From the NCBI GenBank assembly GCA_016748015.1, contig JAAOMT010000333.1, positions 1 to 50,905 on the forward strand: 50,905 nt of DNA, written 5' to 3'. Both the position numbers and the translations under genes were made by a program. Below the pieces are notes generated by a model. That model saw nothing but the letters and a program-made list of their open reading frames with translations, ran no database searches and was not told the DNA's origin. This DNA is from Geosiphon pyriformis uo1 (lineage: Eukaryota; Fungi; Glomeromycota). Shown in pieces: positions 22,465 to 35,280 of this stretch. How positions within the stretch are numbered: the stretch's first letter is position 1; each line of letters opens with the position of its first letter.

Positions 22465-24733
22465 TATTGCTTAATGAGTACAGCCCAAAAACAACCTAAT
22501 ACAATACACCAAAGAAATAATTTAAATTAGGTGCTAATCATGTATTTTCTACACATGACTAGTCACTTGGACCAATCAAAGACACACTATACTGATACTA
22601 CAGAAGAAAACTTACCTAAAAATGACATCTTTTGAATAACAGAAAACAAAGTTGCACTGCAAGAAACCAATTCAATCAGTTACTCAGCAGTTTTAAAGGA
22701 ATCAGTTTTAGTAACAACAGACTTATGCTCCCAAAGGAACATCAAATTAGAAAACACCTCATCATTTACAACAGGTAGAGAATCCAAATTACCAGACATA
22801 TCAATGTTTTCCATGCAGCATTTTTTTTTCAAAGAAACCACTTCCCTTCCCAACTTACTAACCATCTTATTAAAAGAACTTATATGCACCAAAATCTCAT
22901 TGACCTTAAAACCAAGTGTACTACTCGAAACCAAATCTCTATTAATAAATTGTTCAAACACTTTGACCAAAGAACCAACAAGCTTAACAATAAACTCCAC
23001 CAGAGCAGAGAACTTAATCAAATCAGATTCCAGAGAGATCAACTGAGAGAACAACAAAGAATTGTCAATGGCCACAGAAGAAGGAACAAAAACAACCAAC
23101 AAAAGAAACTCAGATGGCTTGGGAGGAGAAAAAATCTTTGCATATAATACAGAATCCACAAAATATGATTTAAACAACTTAGGAATCTTGGGAGAGAGAA
23201 GTGGAGAAATTTTACAGTCCACAGCCAGGTGGCCCACCTCTTGACACTTAAAACATTGCTGATAACCAGGGGTTTCCCACCAGATACGGCACTTTCTCAG
23301 TGTACCAGTTTTGGCAACAGCTAGATCTAAATTAGCTTGAGAGCCAAATGTAACTAGAGCAAAATGGGAACAACAACCAGAATTAGGAGACCAAGGAATG
23401 AAACAAAACTGACCACCAACCTGAAAAATTATATCACTAATTTTAAAGACAGTACAGCCAAGAAGAAGATTAACCAACTTGGCCTTAAATCTATCACGAG
23501 ATACAATTGTTTCTTGTTGATTCACAAGAAAGAGGATTCGAACACTATTTTTTCCCACCAAAACAGACCAATGATTGAGAGCAGATGTGGCAGCATCCAA
23601 ATTCTTAAAGTAAACAACAACATATTGCCAAATACCAGCAGGTCTCAACTGAATGCAAGAAATTTCACCAAAGACACCAAGAGCCATTTTAATGTCAGCA
23701 GCAGACACACTCAAAGGCACATCACACAGTACAACAGCAGCAAAAGAAGAGCCAAACTCAAAAACTACCAAGGACTTAGCAATCTTAAGAGTAACAAGAT
23801 AAACAGAGCTTGTAAGCTCAACCAAAATTGCAGCTTTCAAAGACACTTAAGAAGCAAACTCCACACAAAAAAGCTTCACATTGTTTTTTGAAACAGACTT
23901 AGCACCCAAAAAACCATGTACAAACTGAAAAACAGCCTTAACATAAGCCAATTTGATCTTGAAAGTAGCACCAAGCACCAGAGTGGAGGCCACTCACCCA
24001 GCAAACCTTTGATGACTAGTAACAGTTTCCCAAGCAGCACCAAAAACTAGAGGAGAAGATGATTCAGTTTTCATTTGATCAGCCCAGTTCTCAAAAACAG
24101 GTGATCTAATAGGAAGAGATTGTTTTGCTTCTAAAACTGGTGATGATCTGCTGGAAGACACCATATTCGGCAATACAGCCAGTAGTTAATCTTGGCCCAT
24201 CTTGGGCAATATGCCAGATGATGCTATGGAGATCTTATCTAAGATCTTATTGGAAACCACAAAAGGGTTTGGTACAACAATAGCAGAGACAAGCAACTGC
24301 TCCCACTTTTCTAAACTTTTGGTCTTTTTGACCATTTTTTTTGAAGAAGAGGTGCTAGCAGCACCAGATGTTAAAGCTATGGAGGGGAATACCAGCTTGT
24401 TAACTAGTCTATTATTAAACACTTTTGGGCTCTTGGTAAGGATGAAGACAACACTAGGATTAATTCAAGTGTGTCTCTTTAAGGAAACTTTGACTGGTAA
24501 GAAACCAGCCAAAGATAAAGAAGTTGCTTCAATGGTTACTAAAGGCAGCTTTTCACAATTACTGGGTAAAGGAAAGGCTTCTAAAACGTTTTGTCTAGTT
24601 GCTTCTACAACAGAGAGAGCTCCTCTGGTTGAAATTTTATTAGATATCTCAGGACAGATATCAGGTTCAGTTTTTTTACTCTTTGTTTTAGTTGTGGTCA
24701 TAAAATTAAGGAAACAAAGACTATATTATAATG
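22465..24733 (-). mobile_element. ORF1-only non-autonomous non-LTR element (HAL1-like)
   Basis: 10-bp TSD ttgtttttat (22455-22464, 24734-24743); single frame 24701-22587; 3'UTR homologous to the LINE 3'UTR. Confidence 0.88.
22587..24701 (-). pseudogene. ORF1-like protein (~704 codons; RRM-like, CCHC, coiled coil) with in-frame stops
   Basis: ORF fragments starting at 24701, 24422 and 23846 share one frame; VLCDVPLSV..GIWQYVVVYF, CFKCQEVGHLAVDC. Confidence 0.85.
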
Positions 24734-25000
24734 TTGTTTTTATATATATTTTTAATTTTATAAAATTGTTTTTAATTGCTTGTTATTATTAGCTATTATT
24801 TGTTATTTTTGTTATTGCTTTGTTTTTTTATATTATAACTAGTTATTCTGTGCTATTTTATATTATTGTATATTATCTTGTATTATCTTAAGTTATTTTG
24901 TATTATTTTGCATTTTTTTGAATTAATCTGTTTTTTATGTTATTATATATTAATCATGTTTTTTCAACAATTTTGGATTGGTTTTTCTACTTAGATAATA

Positions 25001-25673
25001 TTAACATAATAACCAGTTTATTTTGGTAAATGCATTTTTCTGGTAAATAATTCTTATTATTTATTTTATATTTTGTTTTGGTGTTTTTTACCAAATAATT
25101 TTTAATATTATAATTTTAATGTTTTTTTTAATTAATTTTAGTAAACACAACAAAAAAATAAAAAAAATAAAAATAAATTAAAAAGTTAATATCTTATTAA
25201 TAGTTATAATTAAAAGTTATTGTTCTATTATAGTTAAGTATCAGTTATTATTAGCATAAGTTTTTGATATAACAAAAAATAATAATTAATTCAATTAAAT
25301 GATAATAATAACATAAATTAAGTAATAATTAATAATTTTATTAATAAATAAATGATTTTATTTTAAATAATAGCAAATTAACTTTTAAAGTAAATAAAAA
25401 AAAACAACTAAGTCTTGAATTTTTGTTTATCTTTTTTTTTACTTTTACTATTATATATATAATTTTTATTATATGAAATTTTTTTAAATTTTTAAATTTT
25501 TCTTATAAAAATTTCTAAAATTCTGTAATTCTGTAATTTTTACTAAGAGTTTTTCTGAAATTCTGAAATCTTAAAATTCTAATTAAAAAAAATTCTGAAT
25601 TTTTTTTTATTATGCTTATTTTTAATTGGTTATTTATTTAACTTATTGTTTTTCTATTATTATATAAGTAATA
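25001..25673 (-). repeat. Truncated A-type LTR (A5), cut by LTR E2
   Basis: Reverse complement is colinear with 1615-2259 (U3 repeats, TATA, hairpin, U-tract). Confidence 0.75.
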
Positions 25674-27121
25674 ATACTTCTTAACTTATTAAAAAAGCAG
25701 AAACCAAAATAAGTTAATAAAAACAATAAAAATATTATGTTCAAAAAAGCACATAAAACAGATGTTAGATTTGATTTCAAATAATTAAAACAAATTTTTA
25801 TAGTTTTAGAACTTTGCTTATTTACTAATATAAATTTAAAATTAGGGTTAAAAGTTTTAACAATCACTATAGTTTAGTTAGTATCTAAATTTAGTTTAGT
25901 TAAAAAAAAATTATGGCAAAAAAAAAATAGTTGATACTAAATATATAAAAAATATTGTCATTATATTACAAAATAATTTAGACAAAGTTTATAAAATAGA
26001 ACTAAAAAAAAATATAACACAAACTATATTTTTGTTTTTGGTTAAAATAATTAAATTAATATTAATAAAAACAAAAAAAAATTAGAAATAACTGCTAATA
26101 AAATTAAAAAATTTAGATTAATAAAAAAATTAAAATATTTGTCAATATAACAAAAAAAATTACAGACCAAAAAAAAATTATCTTTACAAATTATAATGTT
26201 TCTATTTTGTTCTATTGTAAATATTTATTAGAAATACTCTAAAAAATCAAAGATTAATTACAGATCTTTGAAACAGAACTTAAAAAATGCCAAAATAAGA
26301 CTATTACTATTATTAATTTATATTTACCAGCCAAAAACCACAAAAATATAAGATTTTCAATTTTTAATAACACTAAAAACTATGTAAAAATACTAATAAA
26401 TATTATTATTAAATATTTGAATTTAAAAATTAAGAACCAATTATCAATTAATGTATTAGATTTTAATTATTTATGTAAATATGTAGACTTTACATTACAA
26501 ATTTGGGTCCAGAAAAATAAATTTTATTTGTTCTAACCAGAATAATTAAAACAAATAAACTTAAAAAATCTAAACTAATTACAAAAAATATAATTTTAAA
26601 TATTGTTTAAATAATAGCTAATATATTTACAAGTAAAAATAAATTTAAAAAGATAAATATAATTTAATACAAGATAAAAACTGAAAATACAATATTAATT
26701 AAACAAAAAACATATAGAGTAATATTAATTGGCTATAATATTATTAAAAAAGAAATTAATTATATGTTAAACAGTAAATTAATTTAACTGTTTATAAGTT
26801 TATAGTTATTATTAATAATATTAATACAAAAAAAATGACAAAGTTCAATTTTGTGTAAACTATTAAAAACTCAATAATGTTATTTATAATAATAATTATT
26901 TAATATTACAAATCCAAAAATTGTTTGATTTATTTAGAGAAAAAAAATAGTTTTTTATATTAAATCTAAACAATAGCTATTAGCAAGTAATTATAGATTC
27001 AAAGAATAAAAAAAAATAACATTTACAATAAAAAAAAGAACTTTAAATTCGAAATAATACTATTTGGTTTAACTAATACATCTACTATATTCTAATAATT
27101 AATAAAAATTATTTATTTTGG

Positions 27122-27981
27122 TGTTATTTATAGAAATTAAAAATTATAATAATAAGTAAAATAACCAATTAAAAATAAGCATAGTAAAAAGAAAAATTCC
27201 AGAATTTTTTTTAAGAAATTATAGGATTTTAAAATTCCAAAATTCCAAAATTTTTCTCAAAAAATTGCAGGATTCTAGAATTTCAAAATTTCTTTTAAAA
27301 GAATTGAAGAATTTCAAAAAATCTTGTATAACATAAATTATGTATATATAGTAAGAGTGTTAAAAGCAAAAAAAATAATTTCAGAAGAATTTAATTTAGT
27401 TCAGAATAACAATACTCCTTTTTTTAAAAAATAGTTTTCTATAAACTTAAAGTGGAATTATTCTTATATTAATAAAATTATTTATTATTATCTTATTTAT
27501 GTTATTATTACTTGATTAAAAAAATATTAATCCATTCCACTCTATTAACACTCTATGTTGATAAAATTCAATACTTAACTATTTTTAACCAATAGCTCTT
27601 AATTATAACTATTAACAAGATACTAATTTTTTTATTTTTTATTTATTTTTTATTTTTATTTTTTTTTTGTTTTGTTTCTTTGTTGTTTACTAATTAAATA
27701 AAAAAATTAAGTACTGAGTAATTAACATCAAGAATAGTTTGATAAAAAACCTAAAAACAAGGGTAAAAACTTAAGAATAGCTTACTAAAAGGACACAACT
27801 ATCAGAATAAACTGGCCACCATATTAAAAAAAAATTTACAGAAGAAACTATTAATTAAATCTTTGTTTATTATACAAAGAACTCAACCAAAACCTTCAGA
27901 AATTACCAAAATTTCTAGCTATTGAGCACCAAGTTACAGATTTGTTATTTGTTTCAATATCTTAAATAATCATCTGTAATA
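27122..27981 (+). repeat. Solo LTR A3 inserted in the RT of element G
   Basis: TGTTAT...TGTAATA; flanks TTGG/CTGG; RT sequence resumes after it. Confidence 0.85.
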
Positions 27982-29873
27982 CTGGCATATTATGAAAATT
28001 AGTAGTTGTTTATTTGAATAATACCAATATATTTTCAAAAATATTCAATAAATATCTTTATTATCTATAACAACTATTTAAAAAACTAAGATATATTGAA
28101 TTAAAATTATATATAAACAAATATTTTTTCAAAAAAACATAGCTCAAATTTTTGGAATATATAGTTAAAAAAAAAGCATTAAAATAAATTTAAATAAAAT
28201 TGAGAAAGTAAAAACTTTTTAATACCAAAAAATTTAACAGAACTTAAAAGTTTCTTAAAATTAGCTGAATATTATTGGCAATTTATACAAAACTTCTTAG
28301 CAATTACACAATTATTCTATTAACTCTAAACCAAAAATACTTAATATAAATAGATAAAAATATAAATTTTTAAGATATTAAAACAAAAATTTATATAAGT
28401 TCCAGTTTTAATATATTTATATTATAATAAAAAATTTATAATTGTTATTAATGTTTTCAAATCAATACTAAAAGCAGTATTATTATAAAAAAAAATTAAT
28501 AGAAAAGATTATTTAGTAATATATATTAGCAAAAATTTAAGTTTTACAAAAAAAAACTATAAAACTTTAACATTAGAACATTTAACAATTTACTAAACTA
28601 TAATTAAATAAAAAAAATATTTATATTAAAAGTTTGATGTTTATATTAATCATAAAAAATTGATATTATTAATTAAAAAAAACTAACTAATAACAGAACT
28701 ATTAAATAAAAAACCATATTTTTATTTTTCAAATATAAAATACACTATAAAAAGAGAAAAAAATAGAAATACTAATAGCTTATTATGAATAAAACAACTA
28801 TAAAAAAAACAACAAAATAAATAATAAAAATTTTTAATAATTAGTTTACTATATTATTACTAAACAATTTAAGAAAAAATTATCTCAAAATAAACAAAAT
28901 AAAATTTATCAACAAGTAAAACATAATATTAATTACCAAAATATACTATACTAAAAAAATCAGCAAAACTCAAACAGTTTATTAAGAATAGTAAAAAAAC
29001 AAAAAAAAACAATATTATTTAATATATATTTAAACCCAATAGCAGAATATTTTAATTAAAAATTAATATTAAAAAAAATTAAACAATCATACTATTAGCT
29101 AATAATATATTTAAATATAAAACAATATATACAAAACTATAATGTTTGTCAAAAAAATAATATAAAACCAAACAAATTATTAAAACTAATTAAAGTTAAA
29201 TAACTATTTAATAGAATTAAAATCAATTTAATAAAACTATTATTAATAACAACCAAAGACAATTAATATATTGTTGTTGTTATAAATTATCTTATTAAAT
29301 AATTAAAAGCTAATAGCTGAATTTGTTTATTAAGACTTAATATATTAATATAAATGTCCAAAAAAAATTATTATCTAATTAAAGATCTATTTTGTAAATA
29401 AAACTTTAATAAAATTAAGCCAAAGATTTGAAATTAAAAGACTATTATTATTATATTATTATCTATAAACAAATAATTTAGTCAAAAAATTTAATAAAAT
29501 ATTATGTAAAGCATTAACTAAAATTAGCCAAAAAAACCAAAAAAAATATAACATATTTATATTATCAGTATTATTTGTTTATTAAACAATAAAACAAGAT
29601 ATTGTTTAAGTAATACTATTTGAATTAATATATAATAAAATAGTATTATTATCAATAAAAAAAACAACAACATATTTTAAATAATACTATTATAACAAAC
29701 ATATATTTTAATAAAAATCTTGAAGAAAAAAAAAAAAAAACAGTTAACAATATTAAAAAATCATAAAAAAAACAAAAAAAAACATAATAGTCAATTATTA
29801 AACAAATTAGCTGAATTTAAAATTGAAAATAAAGTACTTTTATATTATATAAAAATAGAAAATTAATAGAGTA

Positions 29874-31996
29874 GAGGTGTGTAACAACTGAGATGCTCTC
29901 ATTTGCAAGAGTTTCAAGCTTAAATCCAGTCTATCACTCGACTTTTTTAGTGATACAATTTATCATCCCTCTTTTTATGGTTTGAAATTTTTCTTTTAGG
30001 TTTAGTCTGAAAGTAAGATTGCCTTCTTTATTAGTTTTGCAAACTCTGGTGGAGTGGTGGGATGTTTGTTTTCTCACAGGTCTCATGACCTGCAAGTTTT
30101 GTGTTGGCATCCTGTTCATCCATTGAGTTCTCCTGTCTGTATTCATGTCAGTGCTTCTAATAATTTTCTGGCAGGCATGATTCATGTTCTTCTTGATTTC
30201 AATTTAGCTCTGAATAGATCTTTGGCCACTCCCTTCCGATTCTGCAGTGGGATTCCAATGTCTGCTGTTTTGGACAAGTCAAAGTTTCTCAAGTGTCTTC
30301 CTTCTCTACAGCAGCATGGTATTGCCTTTGTTGACCAACTTCATAATCATCATGGTGCTGTATTTGATTGGTATACCTTCAAGCGTTGGAAAAAGTTGGA
30401 TTCTTGTGGCCCTGTTTCTAAGTGGTTCAAGCTTTCTATTGCATTTTTCAATAGTATAAGTTCCCTTCTGCTCTCTCCTCAGTACTGAATAGTGTTAGTT
30501 CTTTGAATATTCTTAATTCTAGCAATTTTATGTCTGTTCATAATTGTCTTTCATGGGCTGGTTCTAGCAGCTTGTCAGTGTACACAGATGGGTCCCTTAG
30601 TAATCTGAGCACAGCCAGCTGTAGAGCTGATGCTGCCACATATTTTGAGGACATTGGTTTGAGTTTAGGCATTAGTGTATTGGGTTTGATGTCATCTATT
30701 TTGGCAGAATTGCAGGCTATTGTTTTGGCTCTAGAGTATGTTCCCTCGTCAAGCTCTGTTCAACTTTTTTCAGATAGTCAATCTGCTTTGGATGCTTGTA
30801 AGTCGGAATTAAGTCTGGCGTGTCCTGACTTTTGTAATCAGTGCTGGATCAAACATCATCATATAGTCAATGTTGTTCACAATAAAAATTTAAATATTAG
30901 CTGGCATAAGGTAAAGGGTTACTCTGGTGTTTTAGGAAATAAACATGCTGATGCAATCACTGGTGCTGCTTCTTTCTCTGATTGGTTTCTCCTTTCTCAT
31001 CTGAATGAACACTTCTTAGTTGCTGATGGGAGTATCATTTTTGGCAATTCTAGACATTTTGTCTATGATGTTTATTATTCAGTTTGCCATGTATGCTGGG
31101 AGGTTGGATCTGGTTTTAAGTTTTTGACAGGCAGTTTGCTTTCAGAGATGAATTGGCTTTGCTTATTATTGGTAAGACATCCTGATCTACATATGGCTGC
31201 TGGTTTTACCAGCAAGCTCTCGGCTGATGCACACACTTATTTCATGAAGGCTTTGCACTACCAGCTGTCAATTGCTGTACAGAAGCATCTTTATAATAGG
31301 CTGTACTCTAGTGTGTTGTGCTTATATTGTGGTGAGGTAGAGGTGTTGGATTATGTGTTCTTTTATAAGGTTGATGATTCTATTCAATGTTATTTATTGA
31401 AGTCTCATATCAATTCTTGGAAGATGATTTCTGGTCTCTCTTATTTCTCTTTGGACGTGTTGCAGCTGTTGTCATTTTGTGTCTCTAATTCTTCTGTGTC
31501 CACAGCTCTTTATAAAAATTTTGTTTTTAATGGTTGGTTTTGCAAGGCTGTTTCAATTTTCCATGATCTCAAGATTGCCAGTTTAGAGTTTGTTAAATTT
31601 GTGTGCTCTTTTGGTCTTGCTTTTAGGACTGATATCTAGTCGGTTTGTGCTAAGCATCATGCTTATATAGAGAAGAATGAATTGATTTCACTTAATGGCT
31701 CAGTTCTCATCTCGGTCTCTAGTTTGGCTTTAAAGTTTTCTGCTGGGGTGGTCAAATTGCTTGGCATCACTGATGGTTTTGGTATTTGTTTTGGCTTTCA
31801 CAAATCCTGTTTGTTTTTTTTTGGTTTAAGTGACCCAGTTTCGGTTTATATAGCTGCGTAGTATTGTCTTGATTGGCTTAAGTGGCTGGTCATATGTAGA
31901 AAGTGCATGATTCACACTTAGTTTAGATTATTTCTTTGATGTATAACACTAAGTAGTGTTTGGATCTTACTCATTAAAATAAAAAAAATAAAAAAA
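29874..31996 (+). mobile_element. 5'-truncated LINE (RNase H, CCHC, 3'UTR, poly-A) inserted in the integrase of G
   Basis: VYTDGS, AELQAI, SDSQS, KVKGYSG..GNKHAD; CLYCGEVE; TSD agagta (29868-29873, 31997-32002). Confidence 0.92.
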
Positions 31997-34379
31997 AGAG
32001 TAAAAAATTTGATTTAAAGTAGAACAGATTATTTTATATAAAAAAATACTTAGAAATAAATCATATAAATTAAAATTAAAAAACAAAATTTTAATTAAAG
32101 CAATACATAAAAATTGATTAAAGTTATATTATAGTAAAATATTAACAAATTTTAATATATTATAGTTAAAAACACAAGAAATACTAATTAAATTAAATAA
32201 AATTTTACAAAATTTAGAATCAATTATTATTATTAAAGCTAGTATATTATAAAACTAAAAATTGTTATAAATATAATCAAAACATGTAACAAATAAAGGA
32301 AAAAATAAAAATAACAGACAAAATATATATAATAACACAATAATTATTTCAAATATTAAAAACTAAAATCTTGAATATAGAAATAATAATTAACAGACAA
32401 AAAATTCATTATAAAAATATTTAAAAAACATGATAATTAAAAAAATTTTATACAGTAAAATTCAAAACCAAAAAAATAACTATATAAAAAAATTTGTTAA
32501 AAAAGTAAAAAAAACTTTCAAATAACAAGTATTTAACCAAAAAAGTTAATAAAAAAGACTAAAAAAATTGAAAAAAACAGTTTTTAATAACATATTACTA
32601 TTATTACTTAAGATAATAGTTTAATATTTAAATACTATATACTAATAATTTTAAACAAATTTTTAATAAAAAATAATACAACAAGTAAAATACTTTATTG
32701 GAAAAAACAATTTAATAACTTATTTAAAAGCAATTTACTAACTATATATAATGGTTTATAAATATTATAAAATACTATTATACTCAATAATAAAAAACTT
32801 AACAACAAACCAATTAGAAAAAATAATTAACTTACAATTTAAAAAGCTAAAAATAGAAATTTTTAGATCATAATAAAAAAAAGTATGTAAACTTATTTAA
32901 AAATAAAACTTAAAAGATTTCACTAAAACTTAATATTAAAAAAAAAAATTATTACTAATAGAAAAAAAACATAAAAAAACAATAATATAAATAGCCAATA
33001 ACAAAATAAAAAATTATTAAACCATATAATACCAGAAATTCCAAAAATACCAATAAATATTTTAAAAATTTTAGTGATAACTTAAAGAAATTATAAGAAT
33101 TTTAGGAATTTTATATTATGAAGATTTATATATATATAGCAAAAATAGTAAAAGTAAAAAAACATCAGTTTATTAATTAGTTATTTAAATAAAACAACAA
33201 AACAAGCTTTTTTTAAGATTAATTTAATTACTTTTACTTTTATTAACAACTACAAATTAATTAAATTATTTAATAAAACTTCTATTTTATTCATTAATTA
33301 ATAAATTCAAAATTATTATATTGAAACTTATATTATTATTATTATTTATAACAGTTATTTAACAATACTAAAACAATAGTAGCTATTAATAAAATACCAA
33401 TTATTATTTTATTATTTTATTAGTTGTATTTATTTTAAGTTATTAACTAATTATAAAAAAAATATTAAGATTATAATATCAAAGATTATCTAATAAAAAA
33501 CATTAAAAAAGAGCATAAATATAGTCAAAAAACTAAAATTACTTATTAGAAAAGTATAAATACCAGAATAAACTAATTATTAAATCAAAAAAATCACTAA
33601 ATTAATAATTAATTATTATTAAGTAAATCTCTGTCTATTATAAAAAGAATTCTAATTTAAAAATTTCAAAAAATTTTCAAAATATATTATAGTAAATTTA
33701 AGTATTAAATTATGAAAATTCTCAAGTTTACTTAAAAAATTTATCTGTAATATTATTAAACTAATTATTAATTTTTTGTTAATTAAATATAATAATATAA
33801 GTTTTTTTTTGCATAATTTTAATGATAATTTTTATAGTATATATTGTAATTTTTGTATTAAAAATCATAAAAATTTATTAATAATATCACTTTTTTTAAA
33901 ACTATATTTATAAAAAATTTAATATTAAAATAAGTTTTGATTAACTAAGCTTAAAAAAACTTTTTATTAATAAAAAAATATTTAAATATCTGTAAAATTT
34001 CTTTATTTTAGCAATTAAATTTGGTAATTTATTAATAAACAAAAAATATTATTAATATACTAATTAATAAAAATAATTATAGTCTTATCACAATTATAAA
34101 AATGTTATCTATTTTAAAAAATTGGTTTATAATATAAAAATATTTTAAGTAATAGTTTAATTATTACTAATTTAAATAATAATATTAAGAAAAATATTTA
34201 CAATTAAGTAAAAAATAAAATTAATCTGATTTTTTACTTGATTTATTTTAATTAAAAATTTAAAATAAATACACAATTGTTTATTTATTTTAATTTTACA
34301 CAAAAAAAAATCATGAAATTTTTTTTATAACAAAAATAATTTTTTTTTATTTTAATCTAAATTATTATGTATTTTGTAA

Positions 34380-35020
34380 TTATTTATAAGTTCAAAATTT
34401 ATTATTATAATTAATTTTATTATCATAAATATTAATAAAAAATTGTTATATATTTTAATTTTTAACAAATTGCTTTTTAAATAAAAACAACTAATTAAAT
34501 CATATGTTTTATATATGTTTTATAAAACCAGTTACAGCTTAAAATTTTTTTTAAGTCATTTTTTACAACCAAACTCATAACAAAAATTGGCAAAAAAATA
34601 AAAATATTTCTTAATATCAAAAATTTATTCTTATAAAAAATGGTAAATCTACTATAAACAACAGAAATATGATCAGATAAAATCTTTAACAGAATTTTTT
34701 TGGCCATTTTAACCAGAATAATTAAATAAGTTTTAATTGGAATTTAACATTCAAGCTTTCTTTTACTGAATAAAAACAGATTTTAAACCAAGCAAAAATT
34801 TAGGAAATTCAAAAGTAGGCCAATAATGTACTTATTACAATTTTTTAAAATATTAAACAAGCCAGTAGTTTTTTTATTTGGAAGATTTTTAACTATAGCC
34901 AATAGTTTATTTTATTTTATTTTGTTTATTATCAACATAATCTATAATCAAATACATAATTTGCAATTTTAAATCATATTTTTAGACTTAATTGTAAATT
35001 CTGTATTTCAAAGAAATGTT
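34380..35020 (-). pseudogene. Highly decayed LINE RT fragment
   Basis: AKKILLKILSDHI...PIFVMSLVVKNDLKK aligns with TACKILSKILLDKI...PIFVVGLVIEDALEK (18760-18957). Confidence 0.7.
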
Positions 35021-35150
35021 AAAAAATATTGTGTTATAATATATTAATACATAAAAAACAAGAAACACACAATTTTATACTTAGGTCGGAGCCAATTATA
35101 TTCAACCATATAGTTTTTATTGGTATGTGATTATCTATAATAGTGTAAAT

Positions 35151-35170
35151 TGACGCGACTCGCGAGTCAA
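35151..35170. promoter_or_regulatory. CGCG-core palindromic promoter element (MCB/E2F-like)
   Basis: ACGCGA overlapping the perfect palindrome GACTCGCGAGTC (35157-35168), ~115 nt upstream of a mitotic gene. Confidence 0.45.
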
Positions 35171-35280
35171 CAACATTTGTAGGACGATCCATAATAATCA
35201 TTCAACGGTACTTTTCAAGTAATCATTTATATTGAGGGTTGAAGGTTCCTTCGCATTCATTTCAACATAAAATTTATCTG

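Larger units (their letters stand above)
15036..25000 (-). repeat. 5' LTR E2 (15036-15069, 21811-22464, 24744-25000), split by a LINE and an ORF1-only element; leader remnant continues toward ~13560
   Basis: Pieces are colinear with LTR 44203-45069; decayed termini; adjacent PBS. Confidence 0.75.
25674..33752 (+). mobile_element. Extremely AT-decayed Gypsy element G: dUTPase, RT, RH, IN, ORF3 and 3' LTR (32950-33752)
   Basis: Residual motifs: dUTPase ~25730-26130; RT (VQFCVNY ~26840, VYLNN ~28010); IN 28817-32250; colinear with the reverse complement of 44203-49500. Confidence 0.82.

Noticed and set aside
23364-24792. Long plus-strand ORFs (175 and 196 aa) and similar antisense ORFs elsewhere
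   Set aside because: They are shadows of TE or gene frames on the opposite strand with no independent motifs.
33753-34380. Extremely AT-rich tract as a distinct element
   Set aside because: No recoverable motif; most likely terminally eroded TE sequence.
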